Assembly (NCBI GenBank): GCA_028534125.1
Contig: CM052818.1
Span: 45,076,001-45,140,000, forward strand
DNA: 64,000 bases
Reading direction: 5' to 3'
Source: Lama glama
Lineage: Eukaryota
A program made the position numbers and the translations under genes. Shown piece by piece: positions 40,161 to 50,802 of the stretch (position 1 is the stretch's first letter; each line of letters opens with the position of its first letter). The notes under the pieces were generated by a model. That model was not told the DNA's origin. It did no database searches and saw only the letters and a program-made list of their open reading frames with translations.

Positions 40161-43067
40161 CAGTGGTCCTCCAAGCGTGGGCCCTCCAGCTTCCTGGGCT
40201 GTCGGTCGGCCAGGCCTCCGGGGTTCCGTCTTCCCTGGGGGGAGCGGCCTTGTGTCAGTGCAGGGCCCCGGGATTCCCCTTGAAATGCAGGTGCTGCCTC
40301 AGGACATCCCGAGGGAAGACTATGGATTCACACCCAGAAATGCAGTTCAAGACCCGCCATAAGCGGAGAGGGGACAAGGGGCTGGGAGAAGGGGCCGCAG
40401 ATGTTAAATACAATGAAACAGTGCCCTGCTTGTCTCCCAAGTAAGATGCCACATCCTGTGTGCTCCCCAAACTTGAGTTCCCCCACTTTGAAGTGAGGCT
40501 CTTCCCAGGAGCAGCAGGAACAACGAGGCCTGCGGGTCGGGCTGTGGAATCCACCTCCCCTGCCAGGCCCTTTCAGGCTGTGCTCGGGGGAAGGCTGCTG
40601 TAAATCTCCCCTTGTTTACACCGCACTGGGCAGGTGCTGGCTGGGCTCTCAGAAAACCCGCAAGCATTAGAGCGCGCAAGGCCTCCGCGGGCACTCAGTT
40701 CACCCACGGGCACGGCCTCGTGGCTGCAGGGACTGGGCCCGGCAGTGGGCCAGGAACTTGGTGGGACTCGGTGGAGGTTGGTCCCAGCTGGCAGAAGCTC
40801 ACTTTAATGCCTTCTGACCACGAAGCCTTCCAGCCTCCTGTCGAGGATTGGATCAGGTGCTCGCTTGGTCACTGTAAACATTTACAGAGAGCTTCTCCGT
40901 GCCGCTGATCCGATGCGAGGCATAGCTACAGAGCCAGGACGTGGTCCCCACTGCCAAGACCAGACAGCCCTGCACAAAATGTAAAGAAGAGAAACTCCAG
41001 GTCTGGCCTGGAGCCAGGTCACCCATGGCATAGCGACATGCACAAGGTGGGTGACAATAAGTTCATCCCACAATAGTTGTTGTGAAACCACTGTGTGCCA
41101 GGCACTGCTCTAGGCCCTGAGAGACACACCTGGGACCCAGATACAAACCTGCCCTTGAAGGGCTCACAGCCCAGGTCGCTGTCCCTCAACAAGCAGCAGA
41201 GAGGAGAGGCTTGGACAGCAAGGATGTCCATCCCCAGGGAGGGACTGACCCCTTTTGGTGGGAAATCCTGGACAAGTTGATTAAGCTCTCTGACCTTCAG
41301 TTTCCTAGAAAATGTACTAAAAGGTCAATTATCAGGAGAGACTGGTCTCTGGCTGTACCCCGGGCAGCCAGTTGAGAAGGATGTTCGGAGTTCGCGCCTC
41401 CCACTTTCCATGCCGGTCTGGTCCAGGAGCAGAGTGTGGCTGGTGCTCCTGGGGATGGGAAGTAGAGCTGTCTGCAGTCCCTGCCTTTGCTGGCTGTGAA
41501 CCAGGCTCATGGGAAAGGCAGGAAACTAGAGAGGGAAAGAGTGGCTTCAGGGTGCTCCAGCGTCTCCCTCCTTTCAGTTAGAAGGCAGGCTTTGGTTTGC
41601 TTTGGCTCGCCTGCACACACTCACACCCTGCACTTGCACTGTGCGCTTTGTGGGAGCAGAATGAAGTGTGCCCCTCACTCTGACTGTGAACTTCAAGGCT
41701 TTAAAAGGCCAGGAGGTTTCAACGAAGGTTTGAAATGAAGTCTGCAAAGTGCTTTCAGGCAGCCAGCCCTGGGCTTTGCCCCAATGCCCTGGCTCACTAC
41801 AGGTGCGAATAATGGGGGAGCTGTACTTGGGGCCACCTTTCAGTCTAATTTCTAAAACCTCAGCTCCGACTCTTGGCTCAAACCTGTAGCCAGGAGTGGG
41901 TGGGCGTGAGTGGGTGGGCAGTGGACAGAGAGGGCAGGCAGGTGAGCACCGAGACAGGATCTGGGCTCTGGTTCCGACTGCTGCCAACCCAGGGTGACTT
42001 CCAGCCATCCTGTGACCTCCCCAGGGTCCATTCTCCTGAGTGAAGTGAAGTGAGTGACTCCAAGATCTCTCCAGCATGGTTTATGCCCCCGCAGAGCCAA
42101 GATGCCATGCAGGGGCTAGCCTCAACTCTGAGTGGGAAGGACAGCATTGCAGCTGGGTCTGGACCCAAGGGTAGAAGCTGCCAGTGGAAAAGTCGGAGTC
42201 CCCTGTGCACAGGCAGGGAGCCCCAGCTCTCCAGTGTGTGGAGTGGAAAGAGCCGCCTGGTCTGGTGTGATGGAGGGGTGAGGGATTGGGGGCACTGAGA
42301 GATGAAGCCAAAGGGGTATCTGGAGCCGTGTGGTGGCAGCCTTGAGGGCCAAGCCTAGCAGTTTAGACTTCGCCTCTGGTTGGGGAGACAAAAACAGGGA
42401 GGGAGAGACGGGCTCTGGCTCATACCTCCCACTCCTACTCAGGTGCAAGGCGCAGACAGCAGCTTAGGGGCTCCAGCTGACCTGCAATCTGGCTGGGCCA
42501 CCTGGGGCTTGCGGTCTAAGGCCAGGTCAGAGCTGCCCCACCAAGTCTAGCAGGGAGCCAGGTAAGTTGAATACAGCAGAAACAAGGACCCCTGGCTTCG
42601 GGCAATGGCTCCCAATGGCTTAGCCTACACGTGCACCAGCAGAAACCAGCCTGTGTGTTAATATTTCCACCTTCTTCTCGATCTGGCTGCCACCACAGCA
42701 GGACAGGTTCCCTTTCCCCAGCCAAGCCCCTGTTAACAGCATCACAGTTTTGCATCCGGAGACAAGATGTGGCTGCTGGCAGCTCCCGTTCAGGGTGGGT
42801 TTCTCCTTCCCAACCTCTCCCTGGGAAGGGACCCAGAGGCTAAGCTTGTTCCTCAGAATGTGATGCTGCCCTGCCAGGCTGCGGGCACCAGGTCCAAGCT
42901 GGAGTCGCATACTGACTTCTCTTTAGCTGTGTGACTACAGGCACACAGACGTGACACACAGGTCTCGCCTGAAGCCAGACCAGCCATTCCCTTCAGGCCC
43001 ATTGTTGACAAAGGGAAATAAAGCTATGGCTATGGCAGCCAGGCTCCAAGTCTGGCTGGCTGATGGC

Positions 43068-43175
43068 AAAGGAATATATGTATGTGTATAACTGAATCAC
43101 TGTGCTGAACATTAGAAATGAACACAACATTGTAAATCAATTATACTTCGATTAAAAGAAAGAATCATAAAAAAA
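43068..43175 (+). mobile_element. Very short L1 3' tail
   Basis: tatgtgtataactgaatcactgtgctgaac..acacaacattgtaaatcaattatacttc. Confidence 0.75.
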
Positions 43176-44219
43176 CCCCACAACGAAATATCAGAGTATA
43201 AAGTCTCCTAATTCTTATTTTTGTTTTTTTTTTTTTCCTCCTTTTGGAAACCCACAGCATCCCTGTGACTCCTTCTTAGGCTGCTGCAATCAGAGGAAAG
43301 CATTTAGGGGAGCTTCTGTCTCAGATTATGTATATGGCCGACATCCCCTTTTAAATCTGCTGCCAGACACATTCCCACCAGCACAGAGTGTGGTGCACAG
43401 AGCTGTCTTCTCACAGGCAGAAAGGTGGGAAGCTGTTCTGGGCACACCTGTCCCTCGTCTCCCTGGGAGATGGCAGGAGACTGGGGAGACATTGAATTAT
43501 CCTCTTGGGAGGGAGGAGGACCGGGCAGCCCCTTCCCAGCCAGAGGGAGGGGGAAGCAGGGGCTCCCGCCTCAAAACCATGCCCCATGCTGTCCTGCCAT
43601 CAGCTGAAATTGCCTCATTAGCAGGAACACTTTAAATCAGCCCATCCCCATAACCCCGGGCACTTGCTAGGGTCTTACCTGCCTCTGTCAGATTTCCTCA
43701 GGGAGCGTGGGTGAAATAATTCCAGGTCTTGCCATTTTCATGGATTTTTTCCCCCATTTTCTGGGCATTTCATTTCTAGGTTGTGTGTGGTACCGCCAAA
43801 CCCCAGATGGTAAGTCTTAAGCTCCAGACACCTCTTACAATTGCCAAAATGGATCCTGAACTCAGCGTGGCCTGAGCATCTGGTCCAAAGCTGCTTGCCC
43901 CAAAAAATGTTTTCCTTTTCCTTCTCTTTCGTTCCTTAAAAACACCACCACCAGAACCAGTCCATCTGCAGTGAGGCCTTCCTGGGAGATCAGATGATGA
44001 CATCCTGCACCTTATTAGGAAGCTCGCTGAGTTGTGATGGAGGCCAGGAGAGCATCACCGTCTGGCTCTGGATGAGTGTGGGCTGTGGGCTGTGGGCACC
44101 GCTCCTACCTCTGCCACCAGGGAGCAGGACAGCCACCAGCCTGTTGCTTCTGCTCTCTGGGCCTTGGTTTCCCCATCTGTGAAACTGAGGATGACTAGCT
44201 CACTGCATTATTTGTTTTT

Positions 44220-44251
44220 ACACACACACACACGCACACACACACACACAC
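44220..44251. repeat. (AC)n microsatellite with one interruption
   Basis: acacacacacacacgcacacacacacacacac. Confidence 0.9.
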
Positions 44252-44985
44252 GGTCCTGCATTCACAATTCTCTATTTTGGAGATGAGTTTATTTAGGAGA
44301 CTTAGAATGAGCTTGACCCCTCCATCTGGCTGTGACCTTCAGACCTTCAATTAAGCCCTCTTCACTCAACTCTACAAGATTTGGAGACACACTCCTGTCA
44401 GTTATGATGCAGGAGCCCAGGGAGGGGGTAGACGAGATGATGCCTATTTTCCTTTTAACCTGGATAGTCTGTGATTCCAAGAAACATACCTTCTTCTCTC
44501 TCCCTCTTTCAATAGAAATGAACAGGTCATTGGAGGTCTGTCAGATTCTCCTGAGTCAAAGAGGCTGTTAGGCGATGGTCCCAGGATGGAGTTGGGGGAG
44601 GGGTGGGATTTGATAAGAGGAAAGAAGGGAAAGGAGAGAAAGGAGCAGGAGCAGGAGCAGGAGCATCTCTCAGAGTGGGAGCCAGGAGCACGGACCTCAA
44701 GCGGGAAACCAGGAGTTGGGGGTTCTTGGGGGAAAGAAGTTGGAAGGCTGTGACCCCAAGGCCTTGGGAGACGGACACGGTCTCGCCTTCTCTGGGGTGG
44801 ACCCCATGCTGTGTGTCTTTGCTCACGTAGATCCCCTGCTTTTGCTTCTGGGGGAGTGGGTCCCACTTATCCTTCAAGGCCTGACTTAGGGATCATTTCC
44901 TGTAACCCACAAGGTTGGCCATTCTTAACGCATGAACTGGACAAACACGGTAAGGGGGATAGTTGGCAAGCTCCTCCTCCAGCCT

Positions 44986-45272
44986 CTTGCTACTCAAAGA
45001 GCAGTCAGTGGGCCGGCAGAATCAGCCTCTTCTGGGAGCTTGTTGGAAACACAGAATTACAGGGATTTACCCAGAATTACAGGAAATTACTCAGAGCGAC
45101 TGATTCAAAGTCTGCATTTTAGTAAGATCTCTGGATGACTCGTGTGCGCTTTAAAGTTTAAACAAATACTGATGCTTGGGGGGTTCACCTCGGCATTCTA
45201 ATGTCATAGGTGTGGATGCAGCCTGGACACTGGGATTTTTGTAAAGCTCCCCAGCAGTTTCTGAGGTGCCAC
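44986..45272. mobile_element. Adjacent MER5-family fragments
   Basis: gctactcaaag..gggagcttgttggaaa..tgcattttagtaagatct, then ggatgcagcctggacactgggattttt..aagctcccca. Confidence 0.65.
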
Positions 45273-46319
45273 AGATAGATTCCCCAGGGAGAGAGGGATG
45301 CCCTTCCAACCTGGTTCCCAAAGCCCTCTGGTCACTCACCCACAATCAGGCATGCCACTACATAAGCATGTCACGCTCTAAGTCCCTCTGGGTCCAGGAC
45401 CCTGCCTGATCCCGATTCACTAGGGAGACCAGTCGAACTGCTCACCGTCTTAGGAGTCAGTCTCCTCCTTAGAGTGGATGAGATGGGCTTAGAGTGCTTT
45501 TGTAGCTGTCAAGACACTCTCTCCTGACTCCAGGAGAGCAGAAGACAAGGTGCCTTCTGGCCTCTCTCCAACCCCTGAGCCTCTTCCCTGTTCTGGGCTC
45601 AGAGCCCTCCTGCCAGCACCGGTTTGGGGTTTCCCAAGGACTCTGGGGGCAGGAGGACGAAGAGAGGTGACCTCACCCCATTCAGTCACATTCAGCAGGC
45701 CCCACTGAGCCCCAGGGTTGCCCACCAATCCCTCTTCCCGACACCTCTCCTCCTTCCCACTGGGTCCCACAGCCCCGGCTCCCCTCTGCCTTCCATGGTC
45801 ACCTGGCCTATCACTTGCCTGGAGAAACGAGTGAGGGAGGAGGCCGAACAGTGGCTCAGGGCCCCGCACCCCACATGGATGGCTCTGATTCTCTCCCAAG
45901 TCCTCCCTCCAAGGTCCCCTACAACACCAAATCCTGGAAGGGGCCCCGAGAAGCCATCCTTCTTCATTCATAAGGGAAAACCAGGGACCAGGGAAGGAAA
46001 GGCCTGCCTAAGGTGGTGCAGACCAGAGACTATGTCCTCTCTTCCCCCTCCTAGTCCTCCGCTTCCCCCCAAGAGGGCAACTCCCTCTGCACCAGCTGGC
46101 TCCGGAGGGGAAGGAAGAGCAGAATTCTGGGGTGAGTGGAAGGTAAAAAGTCAGAGAGAGGGGACTGCTGGGTCCAGCTCTGTGCCAAGAGGACTGCCTT
46201 TGACTAAGAACAGGGTGACAGTGCCCCACCCCCACCCCTCCCCCATCTGCACACCAGCCCAGCCTGGTGGAGGGCAGAGTGGGCAGCTGGTCACCCGCTC
46301 CCAGCACACAGTAATGGAA

Positions 46320-46945
46320 ACGCCTGCCGTTTACTGGGCAGTCACGGTGTGCCAGGCACTGTGTTAAGCACTGTGATTCCCTGAGGTAATTCTTCCACTT
46401 AATAAATGATCAAAATAAGGATCAAAGAAGTTAATCAGCAGGCCTAAGTTCACACAGCAGGTGAGGGAGTGGTGGGGGAGGAACAGTAGAGAAAAGTGTC
46501 TAAGCTAGAAGGCACCTCAGAGATTGCCTCCTCCTTCCCTGGAATTCAAACCCAGGTCTGTCTGACTCTGTTCCCGGGGATCTTGGACCAGGCTGGCAGT
46601 GTGTCACTGGGGGCGTGCTCAGGTTTGTCCGTGCAGCTGAGACCTCAGAGGTAGTGGTTCTAAGAGAAAGGATGAGCTGGAGGACAGTCATGTCTACCCC
46701 AAGGAGGCTCACCGCCTCTCCTGGTCTGTAGAACCTCCCCTTTGTGGGCCCAAGCACATGCCTCTGTCCCAAGACCTCCTCACAGAGAAAAGAGAGCAGG
46801 ATCATCGGATGGGGGACTGAATCCCTGCCCTGTGTGACCTTGGGCCTCAGTTTCTTCTTCTGTAAAATGGGGATACCTATCTAGCAGGGTTGCTGGAAGG
46901 AATGGAAAGAAGTTTTGAAAGGGGCCTTGCACAGGTGATAAAGAA
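46320..46945. mobile_element. Two MIR SINE fragments in opposite orientation
   Basis: gtgccaggcactgtgttaagca..ggaattcaaacccaggtctgtctgactc, and tgtgtgaccttgggcctcagtttcttcttctgtaaaatgggg. Confidence 0.65.
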
Positions 46946-47215
46946 ATGGTAATTACGCGGCTGCATGGTGTTCCCTGTTCCGTGAACTCTTCCCCTCCTG
47001 GGAGAAAGCTTTCCCTCAGAAGGAAACAGAAGGCACAGAGCCTCCTGGAATGTGGCAAGGCTCCTTGTGCTGAACCCTGTGTACAAGCCCTTCTTTAATT
47101 AGCTCTCAACTAAAAATAACCCCCTGGGCTGGCTGCACACCTACCTCCCAGGCGGGCCTGAGCAACATCTGGGATTTGAGGGTGGGGTGGGGTGGGGTGG
47201 GGTGGGCAGCCAGCC

Positions 47216-47265
47216 TGTGACAGAACCTACGACACGGGCAGGTGCAGAGGGCAGGAGGCTTTATT
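47216..47265 (-). terminator. KCNF1 polyadenylation signal and GU-rich downstream element
   Basis: AATAAA on the minus strand (plus-strand tttatt, 47260-47265) about 300 nt after the stop, followed by GU-rich CGTGTCGTAGGTTCTGT. Confidence 0.75.
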
Positions 47266-47561
47266 GAAGGAGATACAGAACCAGGTGAGAACTGCCATCA
47301 GCCAGACCATGGTCTCCATCACCCCACGCTGCCCATGACTCGTGGGCACCCCACCCTCCCCCTGGGCCCCTGGACAGCTGGCAACACAAAGGGATCTTAC
47401 CCAGCCTCATCAGAGGTGCCCAAGAGGGCCTTCAGAGTTCTGTTCAGGAGAGGGTTGGGGGACAAAGGACAGCCCCTCCCTGGCAGTCACTGGCAGGCCT
47501 GTGGCACCCTTCCGTCCATCCATCCACTGGCCCAGTCCGTCTGTGTCTGGGACGGCCCTCA

Positions 47562-49046
47562 TCATTTGCAGCTCTGGAGCCGGGTCCTATGGTGCTTCTC
47601 TTCGGTCAGCAGGGGGATGAAGGTGTCACTGTGGGAGATCTTCAGCCGGCTGCTCCAGCTTGGCGCTTCCTTCCCCGGGGGCTCTGGCGAGAGGTTGTCC
47701 AAGTCACCGCGGGAGCCCCCTGCCTTGCCCTCGCCCACACTGCTGGAGGTAAGCTCCATCAGCTCCAGCTCATGCTTGGCGGCCGTTTCCAGGACTCGCT
47801 GCTTGTTGTAGTACCTGACAAAGTTGTTGATAATGGGGTGGATGGGCAGAGCAATCGCGATGACCCCACATAAGAAGCTGATGGCTGCGTTGAGCTTGCC
47901 CAGCGTGGTCTTGGGGTAGATGTCACCATAGCCGACAGTGGTCATAGTGATGATGGCCCACCAGAAGGACTGGGGGATGCTCTTAAACAGGGTCTCAGGG
48001 TGACTCTGCTCCATGGTGTAGCCCAGGGCGGAGAAGACAAAGATGCCCACCGCCAGGTACATGAGCAGCAGCCCCAGTTCCTTGAAGCTGCGCTTGAGGG
48101 CGTATGTGAGAGTCTGCAGGCCAGAAGAGTGGCGGGCCAGCTTGAAGATGCGGGCGATGCGCATGATCCGCAGGGCCTGCACTGCCTGCTGCACGTTGGT
48201 CAGCTCCATCATGCGGGCGCCCAGGTGTGTGAGCGTGAGGCTCACGTAGAAGGGGAGGATGGCCAGCACGTCCACGATGTTCATGAAGGACAGGGCGAAG
48301 TGCAGCTTGTTGGGCGAGGAGAAGAGGCGCAGCAGGTACTCCAGCGTGAACCAGCCGATGCACGCCGTCTCCACGTTCTCCAGCGTCGGGTGCTCCACGC
48401 GGTTGCCTTCGGCGTCCAGCACCTGCAGCTCGGGGATGGTGCCCATGCACATGACCACTGACGAGATGAGAATGAGCAGGAAGGACAGCACGGCCACCAC
48501 CCGCGCGGGACACGAAGACTCGGGCTTCTCCAGGAACTTCCAGACGCACTTCTGGCAGCGCCGCCAGCGGCCTTCGGCCGTGTCCACGCCCAGGTCGTCC
48601 AGGATGAGCTGCACGCGGCGCGCGATCTCCTCCAGCTCCTCGCGCTTCTCGCTCAGGTGGCTCTTGCAGCAGTCGTCCAGGAATTTGAGGTCCACCTTCC
48701 AGAAGTCCATCTCGTTCTTGAAGCAGATGGGGCAGATGCCCTTCTTCATGTGAACCTCCCCAAAATAGTACACCTCAATGACACACTTGAACGCATCTGG
48801 GTCCCTGTCGAAGTAGAACTCGCGCTTTCCGGGGTCGTAGTCGTCGCACAGGGAGAAGATGGTGTCGTAGCCCCCAGCCAAGCAGTTGATGAGCTCCGCC
48901 AGCCGGGTCTCAGGGTACTGGCTGAGGAGATCTCCGTACAGCACCTGCCGCACGCCCCCCACGTTGACGACGATCTCGATGTCGTCGTTCGCCCGGGAAT
49001 CCTGGCTGCCTGGCTCCGGGAGGCTGCGATCCCCGGCCCCGTCCAT
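47562..49046 (-). CDS. KCNF1: Voltage-gated K+ channel modifier subfamily F member 1 (Kv5.1), single-exon CDS, 494 aa
   Basis: Uninterrupted ORF from ATG at 49046 (agaATGg) to TGA at 47562-47564. It starts MDGAGDRSLPEPGSQ and contains the T1 domain (IEIVVNVGG..REFYFDRDP), S4 RIMRIARIFKLARH, the TTVGYGD filter and S6 ALPIHPIINNF, ending HHRTRLQSCK. The ORF track's extra 17 aa start at a GTG. Confidence 0.98.
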   Translation of the reverse strand: MDGAGDRSLPEPGSQDSRANDDIEIVVNVGGVRQVLYGDLLSQYPETRLAELINCLAGGYDTIFSLCDDYDPGKREFYFDRDPDAFKCVIEVYYFGEVHMKKGICPICFKNEMDFWKVDLKFLDDCCKSHLSEKREELEEIARRVQLILDDLGVDTAEGRWRRCQKCVWKFLEKPESSCPARVVAVLSFLLILISSVVMCMGTIPELQVLDAEGNRVEHPTLENVETACIGWFTLEYLLRLFSSPNKLHFALSFMNIVDVLAILPFYVSLTLTHLGARMMELTNVQQAVQALRIMRIARIFKLARHSSGLQTLTYALKRSFKELGLLLMYLAVGIFVFSALGYTMEQSHPETLFKSIPQSFWWAIITMTTVGYGDIYPKTTLGKLNAAISFLCGVIAIALPIHPIINNFVRYYNKQRVLETAAKHELELMELTSSSVGEGKAGGSRGDLDNLSPEPPGKEAPSWSSRLKISHSDTFIPLLTEEKHHRTRLQSCK

Positions 49047-49167
49047 TCTCCCGGCGTGTGCCCGCGCGGCCTCGGCTCTGCGCCCTGCCGCCGCCACCGC
49101 CGGGGGATCCCACCGGTGCGCGGCTCTCGGGGAAGCCCGGCCGGCGCCCGCCTGCCTGGAAGGGCGA

Positions 49168-49242
49168 TCACAGCGGGCAGCAGCGGGCTGGGGCGCGCCG
49201 CGGGTGAGGCATGCACCCGGCGGCGGGGCTCCGGGCGGGCAT
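49168..49242 (-). other. Upstream ORF in the putative KCNF1 5' leader (24 aa)
   Basis: ATGs at 49242 and 49212 share a frame ending at TGA 49168-49170; peptide MPARSPAAGCMPHPRRAPARCCPL. Confidence 0.55.
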
Positions 49243-49571
49243 CCGGGCGCCGGGACGCACCGGCGCGGGGCTTTCGCGGCCGCCGGCCTCGCCCCGAATA
49301 CTCACCCCGGCTCCCGGGCGGCGCGACCGGCCGCTCCGGCTCGGCCTCTTGCAGGAATGGGGTCCCCTCGTGGGCGAAGGGCACAGTCCTCCACCCTGGA
49401 GCTCGCAGGCAGCGGCGGGCTGGTCCCGGAGCCGAGCGGGTCCCCGCGTGCGCCCGCCGCGCGAGACGCGTCCCGCGGCTGCCGGAACCACGCAGTTCGC
49501 CGAGGTGTGCGGAGAGCGAACTTGGGCTTGCTTTGCCCGAGCCGTTTCTAAACACAATAGGAATTCCAGCC

Positions 49572-49579
49572 TGACGTCA
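49572..49579. promoter_or_regulatory. Full palindromic cAMP response element (TGACGTCA)
   Basis: Exact 8-mer inside the CpG island, about 525 bp upstream of the KCNF1 ATG. Confidence 0.65.
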
Positions 49580-50469
49580 AGAGCTTTTCAAACTGTACCC
49601 TCTTCTGGTGAAATTCTGCAAGGCACGCGCGGCAGCTGCAGGGGAACCGGTTAACCCTTGGGCAGACGGGCACAGCTGCGTGCAAGCCGCCGCGGCCGCC
49701 GCCGCCGCGCGACCGTCCGGCCCCGCCGGCGCGGCGGGTCACCCGGGGGCCGGGACCCCGGGCTTTAAAGCGGCAGGCCGGCTCTGGCTGCAAAGTTTCT
49801 CTCTCCCTGCTGTATCGAGAAGATCGATGGTGAAAGAACACGGCCGCCTGTTGCTCCGCCGCCGGAAAACGTGCCCAAGAAAGCCCTTCAGACGCTGGTC
49901 TGCGTCCTGGGCCCCGCCGATCCCGCCTGGTCCTTGAAGGTTTCCTACTCGCCCTAATGCCGCTCTGCTGTAGGTGGCACTTTTCGCCTTCTCCTGAGCA
50001 CTGTCCAATGAGGACAGCCAGTCCAGCCTCCTGTAGGAGAGACGGGACCTGCCCAAGGTCACAGTGAAATGGGGGTAGAACCCAGCTTGGCCGCCTCTTA
50101 ATCCAGGGCTTCCCACTGTCCCGGCTGATTGACCACGCCAGTTATCAGGCTGAGATTCTGCCTTGAAGTCCTCGCTGTCCACCGCTTCCCATTTCTTTGC
50201 AGCCCACCACCACCACAGCATCCAGAGCCTTGAGCCCCCGCGGCTTCTGCCTCCCCACCCCCCACTCTGTCACTGAGGCCTGCCTGTCATTCCCACACAA
50301 CATCCCACACCCTCCAGTCTCTTCCAGACTTTCAGTCACAGCTTTCAGGCACTCACATGCCGGAACCATTGCAACAGCTTCCATTAGCAGCAGCACCATC
50401 CTGCACACTGCCAGTTATTGAGCACCATCTCTGACCTGGGGACTGGATTTAAAAAGTATTCTAGAGAGA

Positions 50470-50802
50470 GGGTTGACTAGGCCGAGCACAGAGGATTTTT
50501 AGGGCAGTGAAACTACAATACTCTAGCAATAGATAGATACGTGGCATTATACATTCATCCAAACCCATGGAATGTACACCACTACTATAAACTTCGGCGG
50601 ACATCCGAAATGGACTTCGGATGATGATGATGTGTCGGTGTAGTTCATCAGTTGTACCAAATGTACCCTCTGGTGAGGGATGTTGATTGTGGGTGAGGCT
50701 GAAGGAATGGGGGAAAGGGGCTATGTGGGAACTCTCTGTACTTACTGATCACTTTTGCTCTGAACCTTAAACTGCTCTAAAAAACAAAGTCTGTTAAAAA
50801 TA
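50470..50802 (+). mobile_element. L1MC/MD-like 3' UTR fragment
   Basis: gcacagaggatttttagggcagtgaaact..ctctgtac..tgaaccttaaactgctctaaaaa; paralogous to 55930-56235. Confidence 0.75.

Larger units (their letters stand above)
48200..49950. promoter_or_regulatory. CpG island over the KCNF1 promoter, 5' leader and 5' CDS
   Basis: Very high GC and CpG density (e.g. gccgccgcggccgccgccgccgcgcg near 49690) compared with the flanks; boundaries estimated by eye. Confidence 0.9.

Noticed and set aside
45624..46367. 247-aa plus-strand ORF
   Set aside because: Non-ATG start, Pro/Gly/Ser-rich sequence from GC-rich DNA, and it runs into a MIR.
49764..49769. TTTAAA as a KCNF1 or bidirectional TATA box
   Set aside because: Non-canonical and upstream of the CRE; the TSS cannot be placed from sequence alone.
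47589..49937. Long antisense and alternate-frame ORFs over KCNF1 (e.g. 305, 269, 221 and 184 aa)
   Set aside because: Shadow ORFs caused by high GC and codon bias; low-complexity Arg/Pro/Ala content and no recognisable domain.
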